In this document: piece after piece, positions 36,696 through 45,463 of the stretch
Layout of the letters: each line of letters opens with the position of its first letter
Position numbering within the stretch: the stretch's first letter is position 1
From: a virus
Taxonomy: Duplodnaviria; Heunggongvirae; Uroviricota; Caudoviricetes
Strand: one strand, 5' to 3'
IMG/VR virus record: IMGVR_UViG_3300047493_000037
Location: 30,713-94,712 of that record
DNA: 64,000 nucleotides
The notes under the pieces: generated by a model
What the model saw: the letters and a program-made list of their open reading frames with translations, nothing else
The model's database searches: none
Told to the model about the DNA's origin: nothing
Made by a program: the position numbers and the translations under genes

Positions 36696-38345
36696 ATGGC
36701 CAAGAAACCACTCGAGATTGATGCTTGCGCAGGGTCCCAGCTCAGGGATACCCAAGGAGAAATGCTCTCCGTTGAGGGAGCTGACATCTCTGAACTCCAA
36801 GCTGGCAAGGGCCGTTGGAACGACAATCACGGTAAGGGGTTTTTCAACTCTGTAGGCCGTATTACTCATGCCAAGAAGATCTTTAAAGAAGAAGACTGCG
36901 AAGATGACCGCCATAGATACTATTGGAACAAGGTCAAGGCGCCCTATGTCTACGTTAAAGGTTACCTGTACGACGACGAAGACCATCCAAACGCAAAGGC
37001 TGCCGCAGCCATCCTTCGTAACGTCCATAAGGCTGATTGTCCACTAAAACTGAAAGCCTCAGTAGAAGGTGGAGTAATTTCACGCGGGATCTCAGACCCA
37101 TCTCTTCTTGCAAGAACGAAGATACACTCTGTTGCACTTACCTTTACTCCTGCGAATGTTGCGACTCTTGTTGAGCCATTAAGTCTAGATAAATCTCAAT
37201 ATGATGAAGCCACTGATATGGTTCTCATCAAATCTGTTATACATCTTGCAGAAACCAACGTACCATCTTTTCGTCATATTGCCAGAGACGCATCTGCTTC
37301 TAAGGTTGTAAGCAACATAGAAAAGATAGCCTCTCTAGTCAAAGACGATAGACAGATTGACATACCTACTAAACAAGCGATAATTGAATATGCCTTAGAG
37401 GCAAAAATTCAAAGCAACATCGTTAAAATTCATGAAGAAGTTGAAAAAAGTTTAAAGAGTAATCTAGCAGGCGCTGCTATGATGGGCGCTGCTGCGCTTT
37501 CTCCATCTGTTGGAGATGCAAGAGCGCCTAAAAGATTACCTGCTCCACATCAAGAACAAGTACAACAAAGTTTAAATAAGATGCCGGAGCAGCATCAAAA
37601 GGCATATCAAGAATATGCAAAGAAGAACCCTCTTCTTGGCGCAATTGGCATGGTTGAATCAAGTGGCGGCAAAAATTATGCCCACAAAGCAATAAACAAC
37701 CCAAAGAGTATACATAACGGTCATGTTGCTGGTGGCATGTTCGGAATGATGCCAAATGCTGCAGAATATGCCTTAAGACATGATCCAAAACTAGCAAGCA
37801 AGTATCCTAAGCTATCCGAAGCTGCAAAAGACATGAAGAACAATCATCATGCGTTCACCGAAATGTTCAATTCTAATCCTGAGGCTGCATATGATTTTGC
37901 AAGCTCACTATTAAGCAGGAATAAGAACAAAACAAAAGACATCAATATGTTAATTCATTCTTGGAACAATGGCCTTAAGGGCACTTGGGAAAAATATAAG
38001 AATGAGGGTCCAGAGTCTATTAAGGATGCTGAATACGTTAAAAACGTTATGAAAGCATACAAAGGACTTACAGATCATAATTCAAAGAAAAATTTAACAA
38101 AAGCTCTCACTGCTGGTTATGGTGGTGCTGGTGCACCTACTTCAAATACAGGGGGTGGAGTACTTCAGTCTGAGTCATTAGATGATGGCAGAGGTAATAA
38201 AGATAAGAGTTTTAAGTATGTTACATGCGATGACTGCGGTAAAGAACAGATATATTCTAAGTATCAAGTTAAATGCAGAGATTGTAATAAGTCGTTCCCG
38301 ATGGAAAAGTTGCATAAACTTTTTTTAGGGGCGATAGCAACGTAA
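36696..38345 (+). CDS. Prohead protease fused to an SLT-like lytic transglycosylase, a capsid-like segment and a zinc ribbon
   Basis: N-terminal RDTQGEML...NDNH...KASVEG...SVALT, in HK97-type protease position between portal and MCP. Middle AIGMVESSGG...AGGMFGMMP...SWNNG. C-terminal CDDC...CRDC. Confidence 0.8.
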   Translation: MAKKPLEIDACAGSQLRDTQGEMLSVEGADISELQAGKGRWNDNHGKGFFNSVGRITHAKKIFKEEDCEDDRHRYYWNKVKAPYVYVKGYLYDDEDHPNAKAAAAILRNVHKADCPLKLKASVEGGVISRGISDPSLLARTKIHSVALTFTPANVATLVEPLSLDKSQYDEATDMVLIKSVIHLAETNVPSFRHIARDASASKVVSNIEKIASLVKDDRQIDIPTKQAIIEYALEAKIQSNIVKIHEEVEKSLKSNLAGAAMMGAAALSPSVGDARAPKRLPAPHQEQVQQSLNKMPEQHQKAYQEYAKKNPLLGAIGMVESSGGKNYAHKAINNPKSIHNGHVAGGMFGMMPNAAEYALRHDPKLASKYPKLSEAAKDMKNNHHAFTEMFNSNPEAAYDFASSLLSRNKNKTKDINMLIHSWNNGLKGTWEKYKNEGPESIKDAEYVKNVMKAYKGLTDHNSKKNLTKALTAGYGGAGAPTSNTGGGVLQSESLDDGRGNKDKSFKYVTCDDCGKEQIYSKYQVKCRDCNKSFPMEKLHKLFLGAIAT

Positions 38346-38437
38346 GGTAGTAAATGGGTATATATGGCGTGTTTAAGTAAAGGGCCATGGTATACTAAGT
38401 AAATCAAGTTTTAACTTTCGAGTTAAGGAGCACGAAA

Positions 38438-38863
38438 ATGGCAAATATCACTTCAATCATGAACAAGGTCGCTCGCAACGCACAAGTGTTGGGGCTAACC
38501 GTTTCAGCACAAACTGCTAACAGTGTAAGTATCGCTGCTGACGGTGGCGCAACTCTAACAGTCGCTTATGCACTCGCTGCGATTCTTCCTCCAATGGGCG
38601 GCGTCGATCCTACTGTTTCGCCTTACCTTGGCATTGGCATCGCTAACCCTGGTCAACTTACTTTGACTTCTACTAACACTGGCGGCGCAGTCGCTGATGT
38701 TATCAACGGACCAATTTCCGCACAAGTTCTATGCATGCTTGCATGGTTCGCAAACGACATCATTCTTGCAGATGCAACTACTCCAGTGTCAACCGCTAAC
38801 GGTTATGCACAGGGTATTGCTCGTCTCCGTGGCGACTCTGACATGATTGGCGTTGGACAGTAA
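38438..38863 (+). CDS. Probable head structural or decoration protein
   Basis: AAGGAG RBS, A/G/T-rich, in the head module. Confidence 0.5.
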   Translation: MANITSIMNKVARNAQVLGLTVSAQTANSVSIAADGGATLTVAYALAAILPPMGGVDPTVSPYLGIGIANPGQLTLTSTNTGGAVADVINGPISAQVLCMLAWFANDIILADATTPVSTANGYAQGIARLRGDSDMIGVGQ

Positions 38864-38893
38864 TCGGGTTTATTAACTTTAGGAGTTAATCGA

Positions 38894-39712
38894 ATGAAAG
38901 ACGAATTAAGAAAGAGTCTTACAGACCTGATCGACGAGACGCTTCTCGAGCTCGAAGAGCTTAAGAAGTCTCGCTTCTCAGCAAGTGAGATCGAAATTAA
39001 GGGTCCTGGCGAAGGTATTGCAGGCAAGCCAACTAATGGCGATCTTCATGCTAAGGCTGAAGATAAGAAAGATGACAAGAAGGACGATGAAGACGAAGAG
39101 GCTGAAAAGGCCGAAGGTCATAATCGTCAAGCTGATCCAGATGGTGGACACCACAAGATGGATAAGGACGAAAGTGGTATGCCAGTTGGCACTACTGCTA
39201 AGGCCGAAGGTCACAATCGTCAAGCTGATCCAGACGGCGGCCATCACAAGATGGACAAGGCTGAAGATAAAGACGATAAAGATGACGACAAGAAGAAGAA
39301 AGACAAAGACGCCAAGGGCGGCGAAGAGCACGAGAAGAAAGAAAAAGAAGCTATTGGCAAACTTGCTAATCTAGCTGGCATGCGCAAATCTGATGAAGAG
39401 ATGCAAGGCCTAATGAAGAGCTTTGTTGAAGAGAGAGTAAGACCTCTTGAAGACAAGCTGTCAACTATCCTTAATCTTGTGAACAAGATCGCAGATCAAC
39501 CAGTTGCCCATAAGGGTGTTACTGGCCGTGCTGTTCCTCTGATGAAGAGTGCTGACGAGCTCGGTGGTGGTGAATCACTTTCTAAGTCTGAAGTAGCTTC
39601 AAAGCTATTTGAGCTTAAGAAGTCAGGAACTAAAGTTGACTCTCTGGATATTACCAGGGCTGAAATGGGACACGATCTCGCAAAGATCGTAGACAAATAT
39701 AAGATTTCGTAA
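38894..39712 (+). CDS. Capsid scaffolding protein
   Basis: Highly charged D/K/E protein immediately before the MCP, with many xxK-S/A sites. Confidence 0.7.
   Translation: MKDELRKSLTDLIDETLLELEELKKSRFSASEIEIKGPGEGIAGKPTNGDLHAKAEDKKDDKKDDEDEEAEKAEGHNRQADPDGGHHKMDKDESGMPVGTTAKAEGHNRQADPDGGHHKMDKAEDKDDKDDDKKKKDKDAKGGEEHEKKEKEAIGKLANLAGMRKSDEEMQGLMKSFVEERVRPLEDKLSTILNLVNKIADQPVAHKGVTGRAVPLMKSADELGGGESLSKSEVASKLFELKKSGTKVDSLDITRAEMGHDLAKIVDKYKIS
39107..39259 (+). repeat. Two copies of KAEGHNRQADPDGGHHKMDK (60 nt, period 93 nt)
   Basis: Copies start at 39107 and 39200 and differ only at synonymous positions. Confidence 0.9.
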
Positions 39713-39730
39713 TCAAAGGAGAGAACGAAG

Positions 39731-41179
39731 ATGAATGACGCAATTAATCAAGTTTTGCAGGGTCTAGACCAAGGCCTCGTAAACGCAGCTGATATTGAAA
39801 ATTTGAATAAGGCGATCACCGCTGGTTACGGTGGAGCTGGTAAGCCTACAGACCTCACCTATGGTGGTGTTTTGCAGGCGGAATCCCTTGAAGCTACTCT
39901 CAAGTCGATTACTTTCGACATGAAGAATCTCAAGTTCTGGCCAGCAGTTAGCGTTGATAAGGCCTATAACTTGTTCGAACAGTACAACCGTTTGATCAGT
40001 TATGGTTCTGATTCGGCACCTTACATCGGTGAAGGTGGCGCTCCTCAGGAAGAAGATAGCACGTACGTACGTGACGGTCAAAAGATCGTGTTCTTCGGTA
40101 CTCGTCGTAGGGTTTCGCACCAGATGACGCTCGTACGTGTTACTGTTGGTGACATTGTCGCTCAGCAGGCAAAAGAAGGAACGATGCATCTTCTCAAGAA
40201 TATCGAACGTGAACTCTATTGGGGTCATGCTCACTTCATGAATGCAACTACCGGTGCAGAAACTGGTTCTGATGCTGATCTTCCAGTTAACTCTATCGCT
40301 ATGAGCGGCTTGCTAAAGCAGCTTCAGAAGGGTGACACGGATGCACAGATGCAAGCCGGTGACTTCCTCGGATATGGCGATTCTAGCTCGATCGTGACCG
40401 ATCTTGCTGGTCAGGTTATGGCTCAGGACGACATTGAACGTCTTGCCGTTATTGCCTTGGAAAACTTCGGTGCTCCAGATCAGTTGCATATCGAACCAGC
40501 TGCTCTATCAGCCTTCGTTAAGCAGTTCTATCCTCAGTTCCGTTCGGCTCCAGGTCTTGCTAACCAAACGGTTGGCTATGACGTGTCTAAGGTCCAAACG
40601 ACTGCAGGCGCTATCGATCTAAAGCCAAACTTGTTCTTGCGTCCACGTGCAGGCGTTCGCGCTCTTGCAGTGAACAACCAAGCCCCAGCAGCTTCCTTCA
40701 CGGCAGCAGCAGCGGGTGCAGCTGGTACTTCTAGCTTCGCAGCTGGAACCTATCAGGTCAAGGTAACAGCAGTGAATGATGCCGGCGAATCTTCTCCAGT
40801 GTCTTCTGCAGCTGTAACCCTCACGCAGGGCCAGAATATGGCAGTGACTCTTGGCGGAACCATCCCAAGCGGTGTTAAGTATTGGAAACTTTACATCTCC
40901 GCTCCAGGTGGTGCAGTTGGTACTGAAAAGTTCGCAGGTAACTGGGCTAACCAGGGTGCAGGCGTTTACACCAGCTCTAACGTGCAGCTCCCAGGCCTTG
41001 GTGAAGCATTCTTGCTCGACATGAGTGCTGAGTGCATGCGCTTCAAGCAACTTGCTCCTCTAAGCAAGATTAACTTCGCTATCGTGACGACTGCTCTTGA
41101 GTTCGCGATCGTGATGTACGGAGCGTTGTTCGTGTATACTCCTCGCTTCAACTGCTTGTTCCGTAATATGGGTAAGTAA
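39731..41179 (+). CDS. Major capsid protein, SPO1/K/A511 (Herelleviridae)-like
   Basis: LNKAITAGYG...GGVLQAESLEATLKSIT N-terminus, Ig/FN3-like insertion TYQVKVTAVNDAGES, biased codon usage, and a strong terminator downstream. Confidence 0.9.
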   Translation: MNDAINQVLQGLDQGLVNAADIENLNKAITAGYGGAGKPTDLTYGGVLQAESLEATLKSITFDMKNLKFWPAVSVDKAYNLFEQYNRLISYGSDSAPYIGEGGAPQEEDSTYVRDGQKIVFFGTRRRVSHQMTLVRVTVGDIVAQQAKEGTMHLLKNIERELYWGHAHFMNATTGAETGSDADLPVNSIAMSGLLKQLQKGDTDAQMQAGDFLGYGDSSSIVTDLAGQVMAQDDIERLAVIALENFGAPDQLHIEPAALSAFVKQFYPQFRSAPGLANQTVGYDVSKVQTTAGAIDLKPNLFLRPRAGVRALAVNNQAPAASFTAAAAGAAGTSSFAAGTYQVKVTAVNDAGESSPVSSAAVTLTQGQNMAVTLGGTIPSGVKYWKLYISAPGGAVGTEKFAGNWANQGAGVYTSSNVQLPGLGEAFLLDMSAECMRFKQLAPLSKINFAIVTTALEFAIVMYGALFVYTPRFNCLFRNMGK

Positions 41180-41227
41180 GTAATTAAAGTGTTGGGGCGG
41201 TGCTGGTGACGGCGTCGTCCCGATAGG

Positions 41228-41259
41228 GGCCAAGGTGCTGCAGCGCCTTGGCCTTTTTT
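41228..41259 (+). terminator. Rho-independent terminator after the MCP gene
   Basis: GGCCAAGGTGC-TGCA-GCGCCTTGGCC-TTTTTT. Confidence 0.9.
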
Positions 41260-41282
41260 ATTTCCAGGGTAGAATAACAGAC

Positions 41283-41654
41283 ATGACCAATGAACAGATT
41301 CTTGAACAACAAGTTGAAGCTTTAGAGAAACTACTCAAGTTGAGGGTTGCTATCACTCAAGAACTTGAAGCAAAAATCGCCAAGTTAGAGGCAGAAGCTG
41401 TTAAGACAATGTATCCAGGGTATTCCTACCCAGGATGGTATATGCCGCAGCAAATACAGCCTTGGGTTGGTGGCGGATCTATCACTATAACTAATACTTG
41501 TCCAGATGGTTCATTTCACGAATATGATAATGGATCAATTTGTTGCAAGAAATGTGGTTCTGGACAAATAACTACTACAACTATCGCGAACGGAACTGGT
41601 TCTCTTACTTGCTCAGATAATAATGTAGGTACTTTAATAAACCTTACAAAATAG
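41283..41654 (+). CDS. Hypothetical protein
   Basis: The track start lies in the terminator. ATG 41283 follows GTAGAAT by 7 nt. Confidence 0.65.
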   Translation: MTNEQILEQQVEALEKLLKLRVAITQELEAKIAKLEAEAVKTMYPGYSYPGWYMPQQIQPWVGGGSITITNTCPDGSFHEYDNGSICCKKCGSGQITTTTIANGTGSLTCSDNNVGTLINLTK

Positions 41655-41673
41655 AAATACGTATAATAGCTCT

Positions 41674-42333
41674 ATGAAAAGAGCAATGTATATCTGTTTT
41701 GAGGGTACTGAGGGTGTTGGTAAGACTACTCAGACACAGAAACTTGTTGATTATCTAAGGGCGAAAGGTTATAAAGTTTTGCAAACCAAAGAGCCAGGAA
41801 CAATTCATGCTCCATTAACCTTACACCTTAGAGGTTATATGTTAGATAAGCAGTTTGAGGAGCAGCTCACTGCTCCTGCTCGTGAATTAATTAGTCAGGC
41901 AATTCGTTCTATTCATCTCGAAAAAGTCATTCTCCCTGCTCTATCTGAGTATGATTACATCATTCAAGATAGGGGAGTTCTCTCTGGTTTAGCGTATGGA
42001 ACTGCTTGTGGCAATGACATTCATTATATATCTCAACTCATAGAATATGTCTGTGCCCCAGCCGAAGGCGTTCTTTCTGATCGACTTTATGACAATGTTA
42101 TTTATCTTAAGGGCGATGTCTCTGCTGGCCTAGATAAGGCGCTTAAATCAAAACAAGAATTTGCTGCTGGTGATGCCATGGAAGCTAAAGGTACATCTTT
42201 CTTGCAAAAAACCTCGGCCAACATGGACGAGTATTCTCAGTCTTTTAACACAAGTGTCGTCTCTGTAGATGGCAAAAACATCGAAGAGGTGTTTAATGAC
42301 ATCTTACGAAGTCTCAACATGGGGAACAACTAA
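41674..42333 (+). CDS. tmk: Thymidylate kinase
   Basis: FEGTEGVGKTTQ, TKEPG, IIQDRG and VDGKNIEEV. Confidence 0.9.
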   Translation: MKRAMYICFEGTEGVGKTTQTQKLVDYLRAKGYKVLQTKEPGTIHAPLTLHLRGYMLDKQFEEQLTAPARELISQAIRSIHLEKVILPALSEYDYIIQDRGVLSGLAYGTACGNDIHYISQLIEYVCAPAEGVLSDRLYDNVIYLKGDVSAGLDKALKSKQEFAAGDAMEAKGTSFLQKTSANMDEYSQSFNTSVVSVDGKNIEEVFNDILRSLNMGNN

Positions 42334-43151
42334 TGGCTAAGAAAAAGCAAGCACCTATTAAAAAGGGTCCAAGAGTTCTTATATTCGACATTGAAACTGC
42401 GCCAATTATTGCTCATGTTTGGGGTTTGTGGGAGAACAATGTTGGACTTAACCAGGTTGTCAGCGACTGGCATGTCCTAAGTTGGAGTGCAAAGTGGCTC
42501 GATGATCCTGATACAAAGATCATGTATGACGATCAGCGCAATGAAAAGAACATCAGCAATGATAAACGTTTATTGCAAGGTATTTGGAATTTGTTAAATG
42601 AAGCCGATGTTGTAATCACTCAAAACGGTAAAAGTTTCGATCAAAAGAAGCTCAATGCTAGGTTTGTTATTAATAAGATGCAAAAGCCAAGCACTTTTAA
42701 GCACATTGACACAAAGATTGTTGCTAAAAGACATTTTGCATTCCCAAGCTACAGTCTTGAATATATGTCTAACGTTTTGTGCACAACTTATAAGAAATTG
42801 AAGCATAAGAAGTACCCAGGACATGAATTGTGGACTGAGTGCTTAAAGGGTAATCTCGATGCATGGAAAGAGATGGAGACATATAACAAGCATGACGTAC
42901 TTACTCTTCAGGAAGTTTATCATGCCCTTATTCCTTGGGACAGTTCTGTGAACTTTAATTTGTATCACGATGAACTTCACAATGAGTGTAAGTGTGGAAG
43001 CACAACCTTTAATAAGAATGGTTTTTACTACACTAATGTTGGTAAGTTTCAGAAGTACAAGTGCAAGACTTGTGGAGCGGAAACTCGTGATCGTCAAAAT
43101 CTTTTCTCTAAGGAGAAGAGAGACTCTTTGCAAACCAACACTGTTGGATAA
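42333..43151 (+). CDS. DEDD / RNase H-fold 3'-5' exonuclease with a C-terminal zinc ribbon
   Basis: IFDIET, NGKSFD, HIDT, YNKHDV and CKCG...CKTC. Confidence 0.85.
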   Translation: MAKKKQAPIKKGPRVLIFDIETAPIIAHVWGLWENNVGLNQVVSDWHVLSWSAKWLDDPDTKIMYDDQRNEKNISNDKRLLQGIWNLLNEADVVITQNGKSFDQKKLNARFVINKMQKPSTFKHIDTKIVAKRHFAFPSYSLEYMSNVLCTTYKKLKHKKYPGHELWTECLKGNLDAWKEMETYNKHDVLTLQEVYHALIPWDSSVNFNLYHDELHNECKCGSTTFNKNGFYYTNVGKFQKYKCKTCGAETRDRQNLFSKEKRDSLQTNTVG

Positions 43152-43160
43152 AGGGAATAT

Positions 43161-43730
43161 ATGCAGTTCAAGGAGATTGAGTTTAAGTACGATGCATCCG
43201 ATATGGAGATGAAAAAGTTCGTTGAACTCATGGAGACTTTTCCTATCAAGAAAAAGATGATGGTGAGTTCTTATGATGATTACTTCGTAGACAATACGGG
43301 TAACTTTATTAGATATAGACACCATGATGGTAGGGGAGAACTTACGATTAAAAGAAAGACTTCAGATAAGAACAATAACGAGCGAGTTGAAGTTAATGTT
43401 TCTACTGCTGGTGATAACCTTAATACGGTAACCGCCTTTGTCGATCTCCTTGGATATAAGCATAACTTTGGCATATATAAGACTTGTAAGATATACTGGA
43501 TCGATAAGGTTGTGATGGTATATTACGTTGTATATGACAAAGAGTTAAAAGAACTTAGGCGCTTTATTGAGATTGAGGCTGATGAGGACCTTAATTGGAA
43601 CTCGGAGCAAGAGGCTTGGGACGAGATAGCTAAATATGAGAAGCTGTTAGAGCCACTTGGTCTTACACCTAAGAATAGACTAAAAAAGAGCTTATTTGAG
43701 ATATTTAGGAAGAGTGATGCTACTCGTTAA
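43161..43730 (+). CDS. CYTH-domain (class IV adenylyl cyclase / triphosphatase) protein
   Basis: EIEFKY ExExK motif, FIRYR, LTIK and FIEIE. Confidence 0.85.
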   Translation: MQFKEIEFKYDASDMEMKKFVELMETFPIKKKMMVSSYDDYFVDNTGNFIRYRHHDGRGELTIKRKTSDKNNNERVEVNVSTAGDNLNTVTAFVDLLGYKHNFGIYKTCKIYWIDKVVMVYYVVYDKELKELRRFIEIEADEDLNWNSEQEAWDEIAKYEKLLEPLGLTPKNRLKKSLFEIFRKSDATR

Positions 43731-43851
43731 ACCGATAGCGCATGACTCTACTATAGCCTTTACGCGCCTGTTGCACAAACTGGGCATCTGGAATAAGCTT
43801 TCATATGAAACTATTGATAATTGGCGTAAAGCTATAACAGGTGCTTACTAG
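43717..43851 (+). CDS. Possible 44 aa protein
   Basis: AGGAAG upstream; overlaps the CYTH stop; ends in TAG. Confidence 0.3.
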   Translation: MLLVKPIAHDSTIAFTRLLHKLGIWNKLSYETIDNWRKAITGAY

Positions 43852-43924
43852 TCCCCGAAGCATTAAAAGTCGGGTTTTGGGTCCAACTCGCGGTATAATT
43901 ATCCTATAACTTTTAGGAGATACC

Positions 43925-44290
43925 GTGAAAACAGCAAATGTCGTTTCTGAGAACCTCAGACAAGCCGAAACAGGACTGGCGTGGGTAGAAGTGCTCACTA
44001 ATGCCCAGGGAACACTAAAACTCACTGATGCTCAAACCTTTAGAGTAAGGGCGACAGGTGCAACTACCGTTACAATTGACGGTCTTCTAGCGATGACTAT
44101 GTCCGCTGGTGAGATTGTTATCTTTAACACTGGTCATGGAAGCCCAGACGATACTTCTCCTTATATCACTGTTGTAATTGCTGGTGCAAATGCTTTTGTG
44201 CAAACTGCTGCAGAAGTTAATCGTCAAAGACTACAACCTAACCCATACAATCTACTTAACGAACCTGTTGGAACTGGCGAATCGCCTTAA
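43925..44290 (+). CDS. Probable virion protein
   Basis: GTATAAT box, AGGAG RBS, beta-rich. Confidence 0.55.
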   Translation: MKTANVVSENLRQAETGLAWVEVLTNAQGTLKLTDAQTFRVRATGATTVTIDGLLAMTMSAGEIVIFNTGHGSPDDTSPYITVVIAGANAFVQTAAEVNRQRLQPNPYNLLNEPVGTGESP

Positions 44291-44302
44291 TAGGAGTTTC
44301 CT

Positions 44303-45463
44303 ATGGAGCTTAAAAGCTTTAGGGAAATTCTCCTCAAAAAGGCGAATGGCAATCCCTATTTAGAAACGTTGATCAAGTACGCCAAAGATGAACTCATTGC
44401 AGAAGAGGTTCTTGAGGCCTTAACTAAGATGGCAGAGCCTAGCGCTGCAATGGGTCGTGGTGCAAATCATGCCGTTACTTCATATGCTGCAGGTATGAAA
44501 CCTGTGCATGTGGAACAGATGCGTGATGCTCTCGCTCATCATATTTCTCACTATAAAGGTGCATTAAAAGCACATCACGAGGCTACTGATCCAAGTCAGA
44601 AAGCAAAGATGCGCGGTGTTGCCGATCAACACTTGAATAAGATTGTTCCACTTATGCATCTAGCTGGTAAGGCTAGTAAACACTCTGGCGGAAATCTCAC
44701 CATTGATTATCCTACAACTACTCCGTGGGAAACTAATTACACAACAACCGAGAGACTTCCCAATGGTAAGTTGAAGGAAGGCACAAAGGATTTAGGTCGC
44801 AGACCCTCTCCAAATGCAAACAGGAGTAAGAATCCTAGAGCTGTACCAGATTATAGATATCTGGAAATGCCGCCACATCCAGGTCATGCTTCCACTGAAA
44901 AGATGCCACATAAGGGTGGATATCCATTCGAGGATATTCAACTTGGTACTCCTATGAAGCGTGACGCAGGGCAAGCGTATCTTCCTATTGAGGATATTAA
45001 GAACAAAACTGAGTTTACTCCTCACCCATTTGACGCTCATCCAGTTCATCGTTATGCAGACGCACCACAGCATGAACTTGGTCCAGAGCATCATGAAGCC
45101 ATTAATAATGGTCTTGCATCTTGGTCTAATAGCGATCATCAGAAGCAGTGGCTGGCAGATCAGAAAGCAAAGCATGCTGCTGATCCAGAGGCTTACAAGG
45201 CTAGAGGGACAACTAAACCTGGTCACACATATGAAGGTATTCCTCTTCAAGAGATGGAACACCACAAGGGCGGACAATCAGCTCCAGCTAGTGAGATTGC
45301 TAGCGATGTAGCGCAACCTGACACTGCTTCGCCTAAAGCTGCAGCAGGAAAAGAATCTCCAGAGGATGCTTTTAATAAATTTATGTCCAGTCTATCTCCT
45401 AAACAAAAAGCGGAAATGATGGCAAACCCACAATTCAAGGCCTTGTTTGAAGGGAAGAAGTAA
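44303..45463 (+). CDS. Hypothetical protein (probable internal head protein)
   Basis: AGGAG RBS; H/P/K-rich; N-terminal ELKS and LLKKA motifs. Confidence 0.6.
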   Translation: MELKSFREILLKKANGNPYLETLIKYAKDELIAEEVLEALTKMAEPSAAMGRGANHAVTSYAAGMKPVHVEQMRDALAHHISHYKGALKAHHEATDPSQKAKMRGVADQHLNKIVPLMHLAGKASKHSGGNLTIDYPTTTPWETNYTTTERLPNGKLKEGTKDLGRRPSPNANRSKNPRAVPDYRYLEMPPHPGHASTEKMPHKGGYPFEDIQLGTPMKRDAGQAYLPIEDIKNKTEFTPHPFDAHPVHRYADAPQHELGPEHHEAINNGLASWSNSDHQKQWLADQKAKHAADPEAYKARGTTKPGHTYEGIPLQEMEHHKGGQSAPASEIASDVAQPDTASPKAAAGKESPEDAFNKFMSSLSPKQKAEMMANPQFKALFEGKK

